Of a DNA stretch of 32,000 bases, positions 9,005-17,097 are shown piece after piece. Below the pieces are notes generated by a model. That model worked only from the letters and a program-made list of their open reading frames with translations. It ran no database searches and had not been told where the DNA came from. The DNA is from Hyperthermus butylicus DSM 5456 (GTDB lineage Archaea; Thermoproteota; Thermoprotei_A; Sulfolobales; Pyrodictiaceae): positions 1,530,001 through 1,562,000 of the forward strand of contig NC_008818.1 in assembly GCF_000015145.1 (NCBI RefSeq), read 5' to 3'. Positions within the stretch are counted from its first letter, which is position 1, and the number at the start of each line of letters is the position of its first letter. The position numbers and the translations under genes were made by a program.

Positions 9005-10249
9005 ATGGGAGGCAAGGTATTTTTGGTATCAGCACCGCTCCTACTTGCCGCCATGACTGCGTATATGCTTTTCGTAGCAAACTATGTGCAGCATGCCCCA
9101 CAGTGCTCCGTTACTGACAATGTAGTAAAGCTCTGTGTCAAACCAGTAAATGGTTCATCACTTACAAGAGGATGGGGGACAAGGATAGCCACCAACTATA
9201 TCGACGACAAACGATATGATGCAAATATATTTGTGATATGGTCGCCAAACCCCTGGTATCGCGTCGATGATGCACTGAGATACCTTAGGTCTAAGGGCTA
9301 CAACGTAACCACCGAAGATATTAATAAGCTCACAGTCCTCTTCGCCATAGAGGTAAAAGTGTTTAAGCCAGTAAAAACTACTCTGCCCTTCACGCTAAAT
9401 GACACCGCCACGCAGGGTCCCACTATAGTTTATGGGGAAGAGAGAAATTATGCGCTTGACGAGAAGGTGCTTGTTCTCGGCAATCCCGCGAAGGGCGTAT
9501 TCTACGCGCTGAAACTGAGAAACAACAGGATAATTGACGCTGCCAAGCTCTACCCCGTACTCGTAAACTACACTGTTCAAAGAGAAGTAGACAACTCTTC
9601 GTGTATCTCACTGGAGGAGTTTGTCAGGAAGTACCATGTTAACCATACTGTCGAGGAGCTTAGAGCCCTCGGTGTACCGGAGAAACTCTGCAACGAAGGA
9701 ATAACCATCATTGCCCGCTATAAGCTACGTCCCGCAGATGCTAACCCGGATGTATCGCGGATCTACGTGGATTTACTCGGCAAGGATGTAAACGTCCTCG
9801 ACTACTTTTACTATACGACCTATAGCGAGACAGCAAGCATAATGTCTGGTGCAGCTAAGAGCGTGGCAAAGATGACCGTATGGTGGGCAGGCACTGTCCC
9901 TGTCTACGTACGCGACGAGAGCTACTGTAAGATAGAATGGTGGGCCTACTTGCTAGGCATATGGAAGAATACAGAGTGTGACCACGCAGCCTTTATAGCA
10001 CCCTATAATGGCATTGATACTGCGCATGTTGAATGCCTCGGAAAGTTCTACTATATAGGGCCATTAGCCATAGCAACGTTCTGCGGATCAGCTAAAATAG
10101 ACGTTAACGCATACTCCGAAGAGCCCTGCCACAAGGTTTGCTCTTGTGGCGAGCTCTGCCCGTGTTCTGCAGTTAATAGCTGTCCATGTCGTTACGCGTG
10201 CGACCCCTGCCTTGGATGCACAAGATGTACACTGCTATCACACAGCTAG
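9005..10249 (+). CDS. Membrane-anchored/exported hypothetical protein with a cysteine-cluster C-terminus
   Basis: N-terminal hydrophobic segment 'VFLVSAPLLLAAMTAYMLFVANYV'; a 414-aa uninterrupted frame; tail 'CHKVCSCGELCPCSAVNSCPCRYACDPCLGCTRC'. Confidence 0.75.
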   Translation: MGGKVFLVSAPLLLAAMTAYMLFVANYVQHAPQCSVTDNVVKLCVKPVNGSSLTRGWGTRIATNYIDDKRYDANIFVIWSPNPWYRVDDALRYLRSKGYNVTTEDINKLTVLFAIEVKVFKPVKTTLPFTLNDTATQGPTIVYGEERNYALDEKVLVLGNPAKGVFYALKLRNNRIIDAAKLYPVLVNYTVQREVDNSSCISLEEFVRKYHVNHTVEELRALGVPEKLCNEGITIIARYKLRPADANPDVSRIYVDLLGKDVNVLDYFYYTTYSETASIMSGAAKSVAKMTVWWAGTVPVYVRDESYCKIEWWAYLLGIWKNTECDHAAFIAPYNGIDTAHVECLGKFYYIGPLAIATFCGSAKIDVNAYSEEPCHKVCSCGELCPCSAVNSCPCRYACDPCLGCTRCTLLSHS

Positions 10250-10708
10250 ATCTTAGTAATACGTTCACTACTAGATTCAATAGAACTCTTAACTCATATC
10301 GATATCATTAATACTTTTATTTATTTAACAACATTTTAATAGCAAGTATAGGACTAGAGTTAATAATGTTCGTCACTAAAGACACATATTATATGACTTA
10401 ATTCACTACGGTTAGTATGCATACCTCCTTACTGCATAAATGTTCTCGAGCTACTAGGCAGAAGCAAAACAAAAGAAGCCAACAAGCAGTATGAAACTAT
10501 TAACTAAGCTGCATTTGTGACCCAAGATCCTTGCAACTGACAGGCTAGCCTAGTCCGTGAAGGGGGCTACTCCAGAGTTCGCGGTTTCTTGGCGTGTATT
10601 GCCTGGGTTTACTCGCCATAATGACTTCAGCTTGTTTAGGACCTTGCTCTATTAATTTTACATCGCTGTAAAATAGCCAGAGTATGGCAGCTGCGGAGGC
10701 TACATCTC

Positions 10709-10927
10709 AGAGCCTCATGTTGAGTGTTGCTACGTAGTTGTATCCGGGGAGCGTATAGTAGGCCTTCTTTTCGACTCCCGAGAACTTGTCGTAGCCAAGG
10801 TGGATTGTTATTACGCTGCGCCCATCCGGTAGAAGTCTTGTTACGTGTATTCGCTCGTAGAGGTTGTTGAAGAGTATTCTTGGAAGTATGTCACGCTGCT
10901 CTACAAGGAATACTCGAATCTCTCACG
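10709..10927 (-). pseudogene. Possible gene remnant or non-canonically started ORF
   Basis: Minus-strand frame with no suitable start: EIRVFLVEQRDILPRILFNNLYERIHVTRLLPDGRSVITIHLGYDKFSGVEKKAYYTLPGYNYVATLNMRL*. It looks protein-like but stops lie directly upstream. Confidence 0.35.
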
Positions 10928-11186
10928 TGCCCTCTCCTCACGTGGATCTTCAAAACCAGACCGACGTCACGTAGAAGCTTTCAAGCATTTCTCCAGTAGA
11001 CATGTACCTAGCACACCAAGCATAAAACCACCACAATGACGGTTGAGTATTAAGATTTCATGCCTAGAGGACAATCAAGCATTTACAATGCTTCCTCATG
11101 CGTAGACACCGCTCATGCCCACTCTAAGATTTTGCTCAGGACTAAGCCTAATAGCGTGGGAAATCCCACCTTATAGTGGCGGGATA

Positions 11187-11444
11187 GTGGAGATTATAGC
11201 TAGGGTTGACAAGAAGGGCAGAGTATTGATACCGAGCGAGATACGATTCCAACTCGGCATAAGAAATGCCGTTAAAATACGTGTTGAAAACAATAAGCTG
11301 ATTATAGAGCCTGTAAAGGATCCTATAGAGGCACCAGCATCAACAGTGCCTAAGGGCACCCATGACGTTGAGGCAGAGATAAACGAACTTAGACAAACTG
11401 CTGCAAGAGAGGCCATGCAGAGGCTGAGAGAACGATGGTTCTAA
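11187..11444 (+). CDS. AbrB/SpoVT-family (VapB-type) antitoxin
   Basis: From GTG 11187: 'VEIIARVDKKGRVLIPSEIRFQLGIRNAVKIRVENNKLIIEPV' swapped-hairpin AbrB pattern. Confidence 0.85.
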   Translation: MEIIARVDKKGRVLIPSEIRFQLGIRNAVKIRVENNKLIIEPVKDPIEAPASTVPKGTHDVEAEINELRQTAAREAMQRLRERWF

Positions 11445-11859
11445 TAGAGACAGATCTTCTGCTAGCGTTGGCCTCGATAAGCATCATAATGAGGCGGCTG
11501 AGATTGTTAGGAGAATAAGGCCTCTCCGTCTAACACCATACGCGCTGGTAAAGCTTGATCTACTGCTTCTATCCGGGCGAATAGAAGCTAAGCTGCAGGA
11601 ATTCTATGAGAGCCTCGAGGAACTACTAGCATTCTACAACATAGATATTGCTGTCCCTAAGCCAGCCCACATAGCGTTGGCCTGGAAGCTCCGCGAGACA
11701 TATGGGCTATCGTACTTTGATAGTCTCCACGCAGTAACAGCAATAGTTGAAAATGAGGCCCTAGCAAGCTATGATAAGGTGTACGCTCGTGTAAGGGAGT
11801 TAAAATACCTTCATCCCAGAAGCCTCCTAGCAGCAGATAGCAAGCATACGTTAAGCTAG
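11435..11859 (+). pseudogene. VapC-type PIN-domain toxin, apparently frameshifted
   Basis: ATG 11435 overlaps the antitoxin stop and reads MVLIETDLLLALAS. The frame must then shift at about 11474-11476 to read DKHHNEAAEIVRRIRPLRLTPYALVKLDLLLLSGRIEAKLQEFYESLEELLAFYNIDIAVPKPAHIALAWKLRETYGLSYFDSLHAVTAIVENEALASYDKVYARVRELKYLHPRSLLAADSKHTLS*. Confidence 0.8.
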
Positions 11860-12080
11860 ATTAAGCGTAGAAGGTATACGACGTAATCCGACTTATGTAG
11901 CAGCATCAACTCATATGTGCATCCAGCACATAACCTACAAGTAGCCATTAGGGAAGTTCAGTTACTAATACATCACCTGAGGCTAGCACTACTTAGTTAT
12001 GTGTAACCTAGCGGTAGGAACGCTAACAAGTAGCCTTACTATGCAGCCTCTGCCTCGTCTGCGATGGTAGCGTCTCCGTG

Positions 12081-13124
12081 TCACCATACATGTGCTGCCA
12101 GGCTGCCGTAGAGTAGTATTGAGCCTGCTACTGCGAGGCCGCGGGCGAGGCCGTAGATGCCGTAGCCTGTAGCGCCACTCTTTACCATTGCTCTTGCTAC
12201 GGTCTCGAAGCCTGCCTCTGCGACGCCGCTTGCTGCTGCAGCTGCATAGGCTAGTAGTGGTAGCGTGGGCGATGTTACTGCTAGGATGCCTCCGGCTAGG
12301 CCTACCACTGCTGGGAGGGCTACTGCGAGGCGCGGATTTGCGTCATATAGGAGGCCTATGGGTATTGCTATGAGCGCGTCTGAGAGCATAGCTATGGCAT
12401 AGATTATGAATGCTCCTTTCTCATCCACTACGCCGAGCATCTTAGCTACATGCTCTATTGCCAGTGGGCTGGCTGCAAGGGTGCCTGCTACAAGTACGTA
12501 GGCTACGCTGTGCCAGGTGCCTCGGAGGGTCTCAGCCAGATCCACGTGCCTGGGTTTCGGCACCACGCTGCGGGGATAGAGCTTCATCGCAGCCACTATG
12601 ACTGGTATTGTTAGCGCACCAGGTATGGCTAGTATCCAGAACTTTCCGAGGGACACTACTATCATTGCTATGAAGGGGCCTAGGACGGCGCCGAACTGGT
12701 CTAGGAACTCGTGCACCCCAAATACGAGACCACGTCTTTTCCCTGCTATACTGGAGAGTAGTGCATCGCGTGCTGGGGCACGTACCGCCTTGCCTATACG
12801 CTCAAGGGAGTAGCCGAGAGCCAGCATGGGGCCTCCTAGGCCAGCAACGAGTATGCCTAGCGGTATGAGCCCGTAGCCTAGGAGTATGAAGCCCCAGTAT
12901 GCCCCCAGTCTCTCAACGACCAGGCCCGTGAGGGGTCGTAGACCCCATGCTAGAACCTCGCCGACGCCTGCAACACCGCCCAGCTCCACAGTGCCAGGTA
13001 TGAGTACGGGTAGCGAGCTACGGAAACCCTCATAGCTAGCATCGCCTAGCATGCTTACGAGCCCGAATAGCGCGACAACAACAAGTATGGCGCGCAGTCC
13101 TCCACGCCGCACCGCCGTGCTCAC
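12081..13124 (-). CDS. MFS-type membrane transporter
   Basis: 347-aa multi-TM protein with 'SLERIGKAVRAPARDALLSSIAGKRRGLVFGVHEFLDQFGAVLGP', typical of an MFS subfamily. Confidence 0.8.
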   Translation of the reverse strand: MSTAVRRGGLRAILVVVALFGLVSMLGDASYEGFRSSLPVLIPGTVELGGVAGVGEVLAWGLRPLTGLVVERLGAYWGFILLGYGLIPLGILVAGLGGPMLALGYSLERIGKAVRAPARDALLSSIAGKRRGLVFGVHEFLDQFGAVLGPFIAMIVVSLGKFWILAIPGALTIPVIVAAMKLYPRSVVPKPRHVDLAETLRGTWHSVAYVLVAGTLAASPLAIEHVAKMLGVVDEKGAFIIYAIAMLSDALIAIPIGLLYDANPRLAVALPAVVGLAGGILAVTSPTLPLLAYAAAAASGVAEAGFETVARAMVKSGATGYGIYGLARGLAVAGSILLYGSLAAHVW

Positions 13125-13246
13125 CTAAGAGTCTCCAAGACCAAGACCGCGCTGTCATGGGGCAGAGTTATTATATTTGAGGGAGGCCCGCGACAACTCC
13201 GGCTGGGTGCGCTCCATAGTAGTCCCGGGCGTGGAGGAGGTAGACC

Positions 13247-14236
13247 ATGCCTCCAATACTTGAGGTCCGCAACCTATATGTGCACTACTACACACTCAGA
13301 GGCATCGTCAAGGCTGTCGAGAATGTGAGCTTTACCTTGGAGCCCGGCGAGGTTCTAGGCATCGCCGGTGAGAGCGGCTGCGGCAAATCCACCCTCGCCT
13401 GGTCACTTCTACGCCTTGTGCCCCCGCCGGGCAGGATCGTGAAGGGCAGCATAATAATTGATGGCCAAGACATAGTGAATATGAGCGAGGACGAGGTAAG
13501 GGCTAGGATAAGGTGGCAGAAGATAAGCATGGTGTTTCAAGGCGCCATGAACGCTCTAAATCCGATGTACAAGGTCTGGGAGCAAATAGCAGAGCCACTC
13601 ATAGTCCACAGGGGTATGACGAAGGAGCAGGCTTACCGCCGCGCAGTTGAGGTACTAAAGCTGGTCGGCCTAGGCGAGGACATTGCTAATAGGTATCCGC
13701 ATGAGCTGAGTGGCGGGCAAAAGCAGCGCGTAGTAATAGCCATGGCCCTCGTGCTCGATCCCCCAATACTCATAGCCGATGAGCCCACCACAGCCCTTGA
13801 CACAATCATCCAGGCCCAGATACTAAACCTGCTCAAGCAGCTTAAGAACGAGCTAAACATGAGCATAATATTCATCACTCACGATCTGAGCGTCATTGCG
13901 GAGATGGCTGACAAGATCGCAATAATGTATGCTGGCCAGATAGTGGAGTATGGCCCGAGCGAGGAGATATTCAACAACCCACAGCATCCATACACGAGGG
14001 CACTCCTAAGAGCAATACCCAGGCTGAGAGGGCCAAAGGAGAAGCTACACTACATACCAGGCCAGCCACCAGACCTTCGCACACCACCGCCGGGCTGTCG
14101 CTTCGCGCCACGCTGCAGCGAGGTAATGCCAATCTGCAGGGAGCAGGAGCCACCATACTTCCAGGTCAACGAGGGCCACTTCGCAAAGTGCTGGCTACAC
14201 CGTGGCAAGCCGCAGAAGGACAGCATTGTAGACTAG
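13247..14236 (+). CDS. Oligopeptide/dipeptide ABC transporter ATP-binding protein (OppD/DppD-like)
   Basis: Walker A 'GESGCGKST', signature 'LSGGQKQRVVIA', Walker B 'ILIADEPTTALD', C-terminal OppD-type 'GCRFAPRCSEVMPICREQEPP'. Confidence 0.93.
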   Translation: MPPILEVRNLYVHYYTLRGIVKAVENVSFTLEPGEVLGIAGESGCGKSTLAWSLLRLVPPPGRIVKGSIIIDGQDIVNMSEDEVRARIRWQKISMVFQGAMNALNPMYKVWEQIAEPLIVHRGMTKEQAYRRAVEVLKLVGLGEDIANRYPHELSGGQKQRVVIAMALVLDPPILIADEPTTALDTIIQAQILNLLKQLKNELNMSIIFITHDLSVIAEMADKIAIMYAGQIVEYGPSEEIFNNPQHPYTRALLRAIPRLRGPKEKLHYIPGQPPDLRTPPPGCRFAPRCSEVMPICREQEPPYFQVNEGHFAKCWLHRGKPQKDSIVD

Positions 14237-14850
14237 CGGCTCGGCATTTGCTCCCCTGCCCATCCCCGCCCCCGCCGCGGGGCGGGTCGCCAAGGCCAAT
14301 CCTCCACATCGCCACCTCATTCTTTTCCTCACACCCAGCAGCGCCAACACCCATTCTCTCTGTCACGGTTTTAACGCTGAAGAGAGGTGGGAGGGTTTGG
14401 CCGCGGCCCCTAGCCGGCCCCAGGGTCATAGAGCCGCCTCCTCGGCGGCCTCACCCCGGGTGTCGGCCGAGGCCCCAAGACTCGTAGATGTAGTACATAG
14501 CGCGGGGCGGAATTAACAGCTATCCCCATGCTTCGCTAGCACCAATATAGCGTGCCACAAGGGCTATCAACACCGTGCTCCAAGCCTCCCGGCCATACCC
14601 CTCCACCGTAACGACGTGACGGGAACAGCTCATGAGCTTGGAGGTTGCTCCGAGGCTATATTGACTGCATTATTGTCCGCAGCGCTAGGCAAGGACCTGG
14701 CAACAGGAGGTGACAATACACGTCACATCGCCAGCAAGCTAGGAAGAGAGTTCAGCATCAACAAAGTCCACCCCCACGGGACCTGGTAGACTATGTGCTC
14801 ATGTCTTGCGGGGGAAGCATTAACCCCACCCGCCCAGGGCTGTCTACATG

Positions 14851-14925
14851 AAGCCCCGCGGGCGAAGCCGCCGCAAGCGGCGGGTTGTGAGCCCGCGGTC
14901 TGGGGGCGCCCGTAGAATCCCACTT
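14851..14925 (+). mobile_element. Candidate right-end remnant of an IS200/IS605-type element
   Basis: Nested hairpin with outer CCGCGGGC (14856-14863)/GCCCGCGG (14891-14898) and inner CCGCCG (14868-14873)/CGGCGG (14878-14883), followed by a 'ggtctgggggcgcccgtagaatcccac'-type end. No intact transposase gene. Confidence 0.35.
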
Positions 14926-15270
14926 ACTCTGCCACAGTAACCTTAGCCTCGTAGTTTTTGGTGACAGATGCGACAACGGTCCACGGGGCTGCAAGACATC
15001 GCTTCACGTGTATCTCCAAAACATCGTTGACATGGGCTTCTGGAACATACTATGCGCTAAACGCCTTGCCCAGTGTTTTATAATCTTGATCATCTAGCTG
15101 TGCGGCACCTAGCGCTCGTAGAAGTAGCTAAAGCCCCGGAATATGTTTCGAGGAGCTTTATGGAGCCGGGTATGCTGTAGAATGGTTAGACTGTTTTCGG
15201 GTCAGCCTCGAGGTGTACGGCCTGGCCCCGGGCTGAGGCTGGAGCGACGCTGGAACAATTATCCCGATAC

Positions 15271-15393
15271 ATGGTAGGCATCTATGATGTAGTTTATGCT
15301 CGTCTGACAGAGGAGCTTGACACAAACCTATACACTGCTAACGATGCACAGCCTGAGAAGCTAAGGGGGGGCGTAGGACTGAACTACACATAG
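15271..15393 (+). pseudogene. C-terminal fragment of a PIN-domain (VapC-like) protein
   Basis: Direct translation MVGIYDVVYARLTEELDTNLYTANDAQPEKLRGGVGLNYT* resembles the 'YDAxYxALAExLxxxLxTADxxL' end of PIN toxins. No N-terminal half in frame. Confidence 0.45.
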
Positions 15394-15450
15394 CAGATAA
15401 CGGAGTACGACAAGCCGTAGTATAACAGTGCAGACACCATACCAGCTTAG

Positions 15451-16371
15451 GTGCTTGAGGTTGACCACAGCTTGGCCCGGGTAGTCTACGTCACTGGCGA
15501 GGGGCGCCTTGCAAACCTCTCCTCAGCCGCCTCGGTCGTCGTAACCGTTTTGCTCGCAGCTGCTCTCTCCGGCTCGCTACGCGCTACGCTGTATATCCTC
15601 CTCATGTTCACCGTGCTCACACTGATATTGTATATGGCACGAAGACTCTTTACTAGAGGCGTCGAAGCAAAGCTGAAGGAGATCATAGCAAGTATGAGCA
15701 GTTCGACACTCACCTTCGCAGAGATCATCGAGGCCGAGATAGGGAAGCTAGTTTCGCGCGGCTTCTGGGCCAGACTAAGCGGCTACCAGCGCACCGTCGA
15801 GTTCCACCCAGAGCAGAAGACAAGGCTCGACAAGCTGGTGCTCGAGCAGAAGCAATTCCTGACAGTAATTGGCAGCGACGGCTCCGGCGTGCTCCAGCTC
15901 CCCGCAGTGAAGCTCCGAAAGAGGGGCTACGAGGATGTCATAGTAGCCTACGCTGCACCGGGACTCTTCCGCGTCGAGCCAGACAGCTTCAACGTGCTAA
16001 CCGGCGACGATTACGTAGAGGTAAGCTTTGAGAGGGAAGCCCGGCACCTAAGTGGAACCGTAACAGCCCTCCTCACAAAGGCTAGGAAGGTCACCGTGGA
16101 GCTGGTGTACGAGAGTGGGAAACAGCACCGTGTCAAGCTGTTCTCGGGCCGCGAGAGCCGCAGAATAGAGTACATGGGGCTTACCGAACCACTAGTCATC
16201 ATAGGCCCCGTGAAAGCTGTAACACCACTAGTACTCAAGGAGAAGCTCAAGCTGAAAAATACGCTACTAGCAGGCTACGGCGAGTTCAAGCTGAGAATAG
16301 TACTCCACATGCCCCGTGGCCGCCGCATAACAAAAGCCTTTACACTTCGCCTTAAACCCCTGCAACGCTAG
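15451..16371 (+). CDS. Hypothetical membrane protein (N-terminal two-helix segment, soluble C-terminal region)
   Basis: 306-aa ORF; 'AASVVVTVLLAAALSGSLRATLYILLMFTVLTLILYMA' then a basic, beta-rich region. Confidence 0.75.
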   Translation: MLEVDHSLARVVYVTGEGRLANLSSAASVVVTVLLAAALSGSLRATLYILLMFTVLTLILYMARRLFTRGVEAKLKEIIASMSSSTLTFAEIIEAEIGKLVSRGFWARLSGYQRTVEFHPEQKTRLDKLVLEQKQFLTVIGSDGSGVLQLPAVKLRKRGYEDVIVAYAAPGLFRVEPDSFNVLTGDDYVEVSFEREARHLSGTVTALLTKARKVTVELVYESGKQHRVKLFSGRESRRIEYMGLTEPLVIIGPVKAVTPLVLKEKLKLKNTLLAGYGEFKLRIVLHMPRGRRITKAFTLRLKPLQR

Positions 16372-16513
16372 AAGACAGTACCAGGGGATGCGGAAACCGC
16401 TGGGAGCACCCTCGGCGCAGACCCGGGGGAGGAGACCCGGGGCTGATGACTGGAGGGGATTACCGAGCCCCAAGATCCTCACAGCATACTAGCCCCTCCC
16501 TCAAGGCCATTCG

Positions 16514-17092
16514 TTACTTCTTGCCCAGCTGGCGTATGCCCTGGGCTAGTCTCTGGATCACCGTGGCCCATGAGGCTGCCGCAAGTATCGCGTAGAGCTT
16601 CTCGGCTATGTCTAGTCCTGTGAACCCATGCACTATGAGGACCAATGCTTGTGCCGCGACTCTATCGCTTCTTTCAAGGAGGCCTATACCCTCCATGGAT
16701 TTCCCGGTGAGGCTTTCGTAGCGTGCTCTCGTGTAGCTTGTTACCAGTGCTCCGGAGAGGAATGCAAGAACAAATAGGGGGTTGTAGCCCAGTAGGAGGA
16801 AGCCAAGCGCGTAGACCGTGTCGGTTATCCTGTCGAGAACGCTATCTAGGAAAGCTCCGCGGGGGCCTGCTTCGCCACGTAGCCTTGCTACTGCACCGTC
16901 GAGAGCATCTAGGAGCCCACTAGCGGCGAGCATTACGGCTGCTGCTATGGGCTTGCCGCTACTGCATGGTGCGAGGTAGGCTAGGGCTGCGGCGAGGCCC
17001 AGGACCGTGTATACGTCGGCTGGTAGCAGTGCAAGGGGCTTGGCTGCTCTCGCGAATAGGCCTGCTACCTGGCGGCGGAGTTTTCCCAGCAT
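16514..17092 (-). CDS. CDP-alcohol phosphatidyltransferase family protein
   Basis: Signature 'DALDGAVARLRGEAGPRGAFLDSVLDRITD' matches DG(x)2AR(x)8G(x)3D(x)3D, with TM segments. Confidence 0.9.
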   Translation of the reverse strand: MLGKLRRQVAGLFARAAKPLALLPADVYTVLGLAAALAYLAPCSSGKPIAAAVMLAASGLLDALDGAVARLRGEAGPRGAFLDSVLDRITDTVYALGFLLLGYNPLFVLAFLSGALVTSYTRARYESLTGKSMEGIGLLERSDRVAAQALVLIVHGFTGLDIAEKLYAILAAASWATVIQRLAQGIRQLGKK

Positions 17093-17097
17093 GCCGG

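Noticed and set aside
10845-11039. 64-aa plus-strand ORF in the AT-rich island
   Set aside because: It overlaps the more protein-like minus-strand frame and shows no motif. Kept out as unsupported.
14166-14487. Overlapping ORFs 14166..14429 (-) and 14188..14487 (+)
   Set aside because: Pro/Gly/Arg-rich low-complexity translations from a GC-rich spacer, overlapping the OppD C-terminus. No motif in either.
14723-14994. Minus-strand ORFs 14723..14923 and 14791..14994
   Set aside because: They run through the GC hairpins of the candidate IS-type terminus. Their content is explained by hairpin sequence rather than protein conservation.
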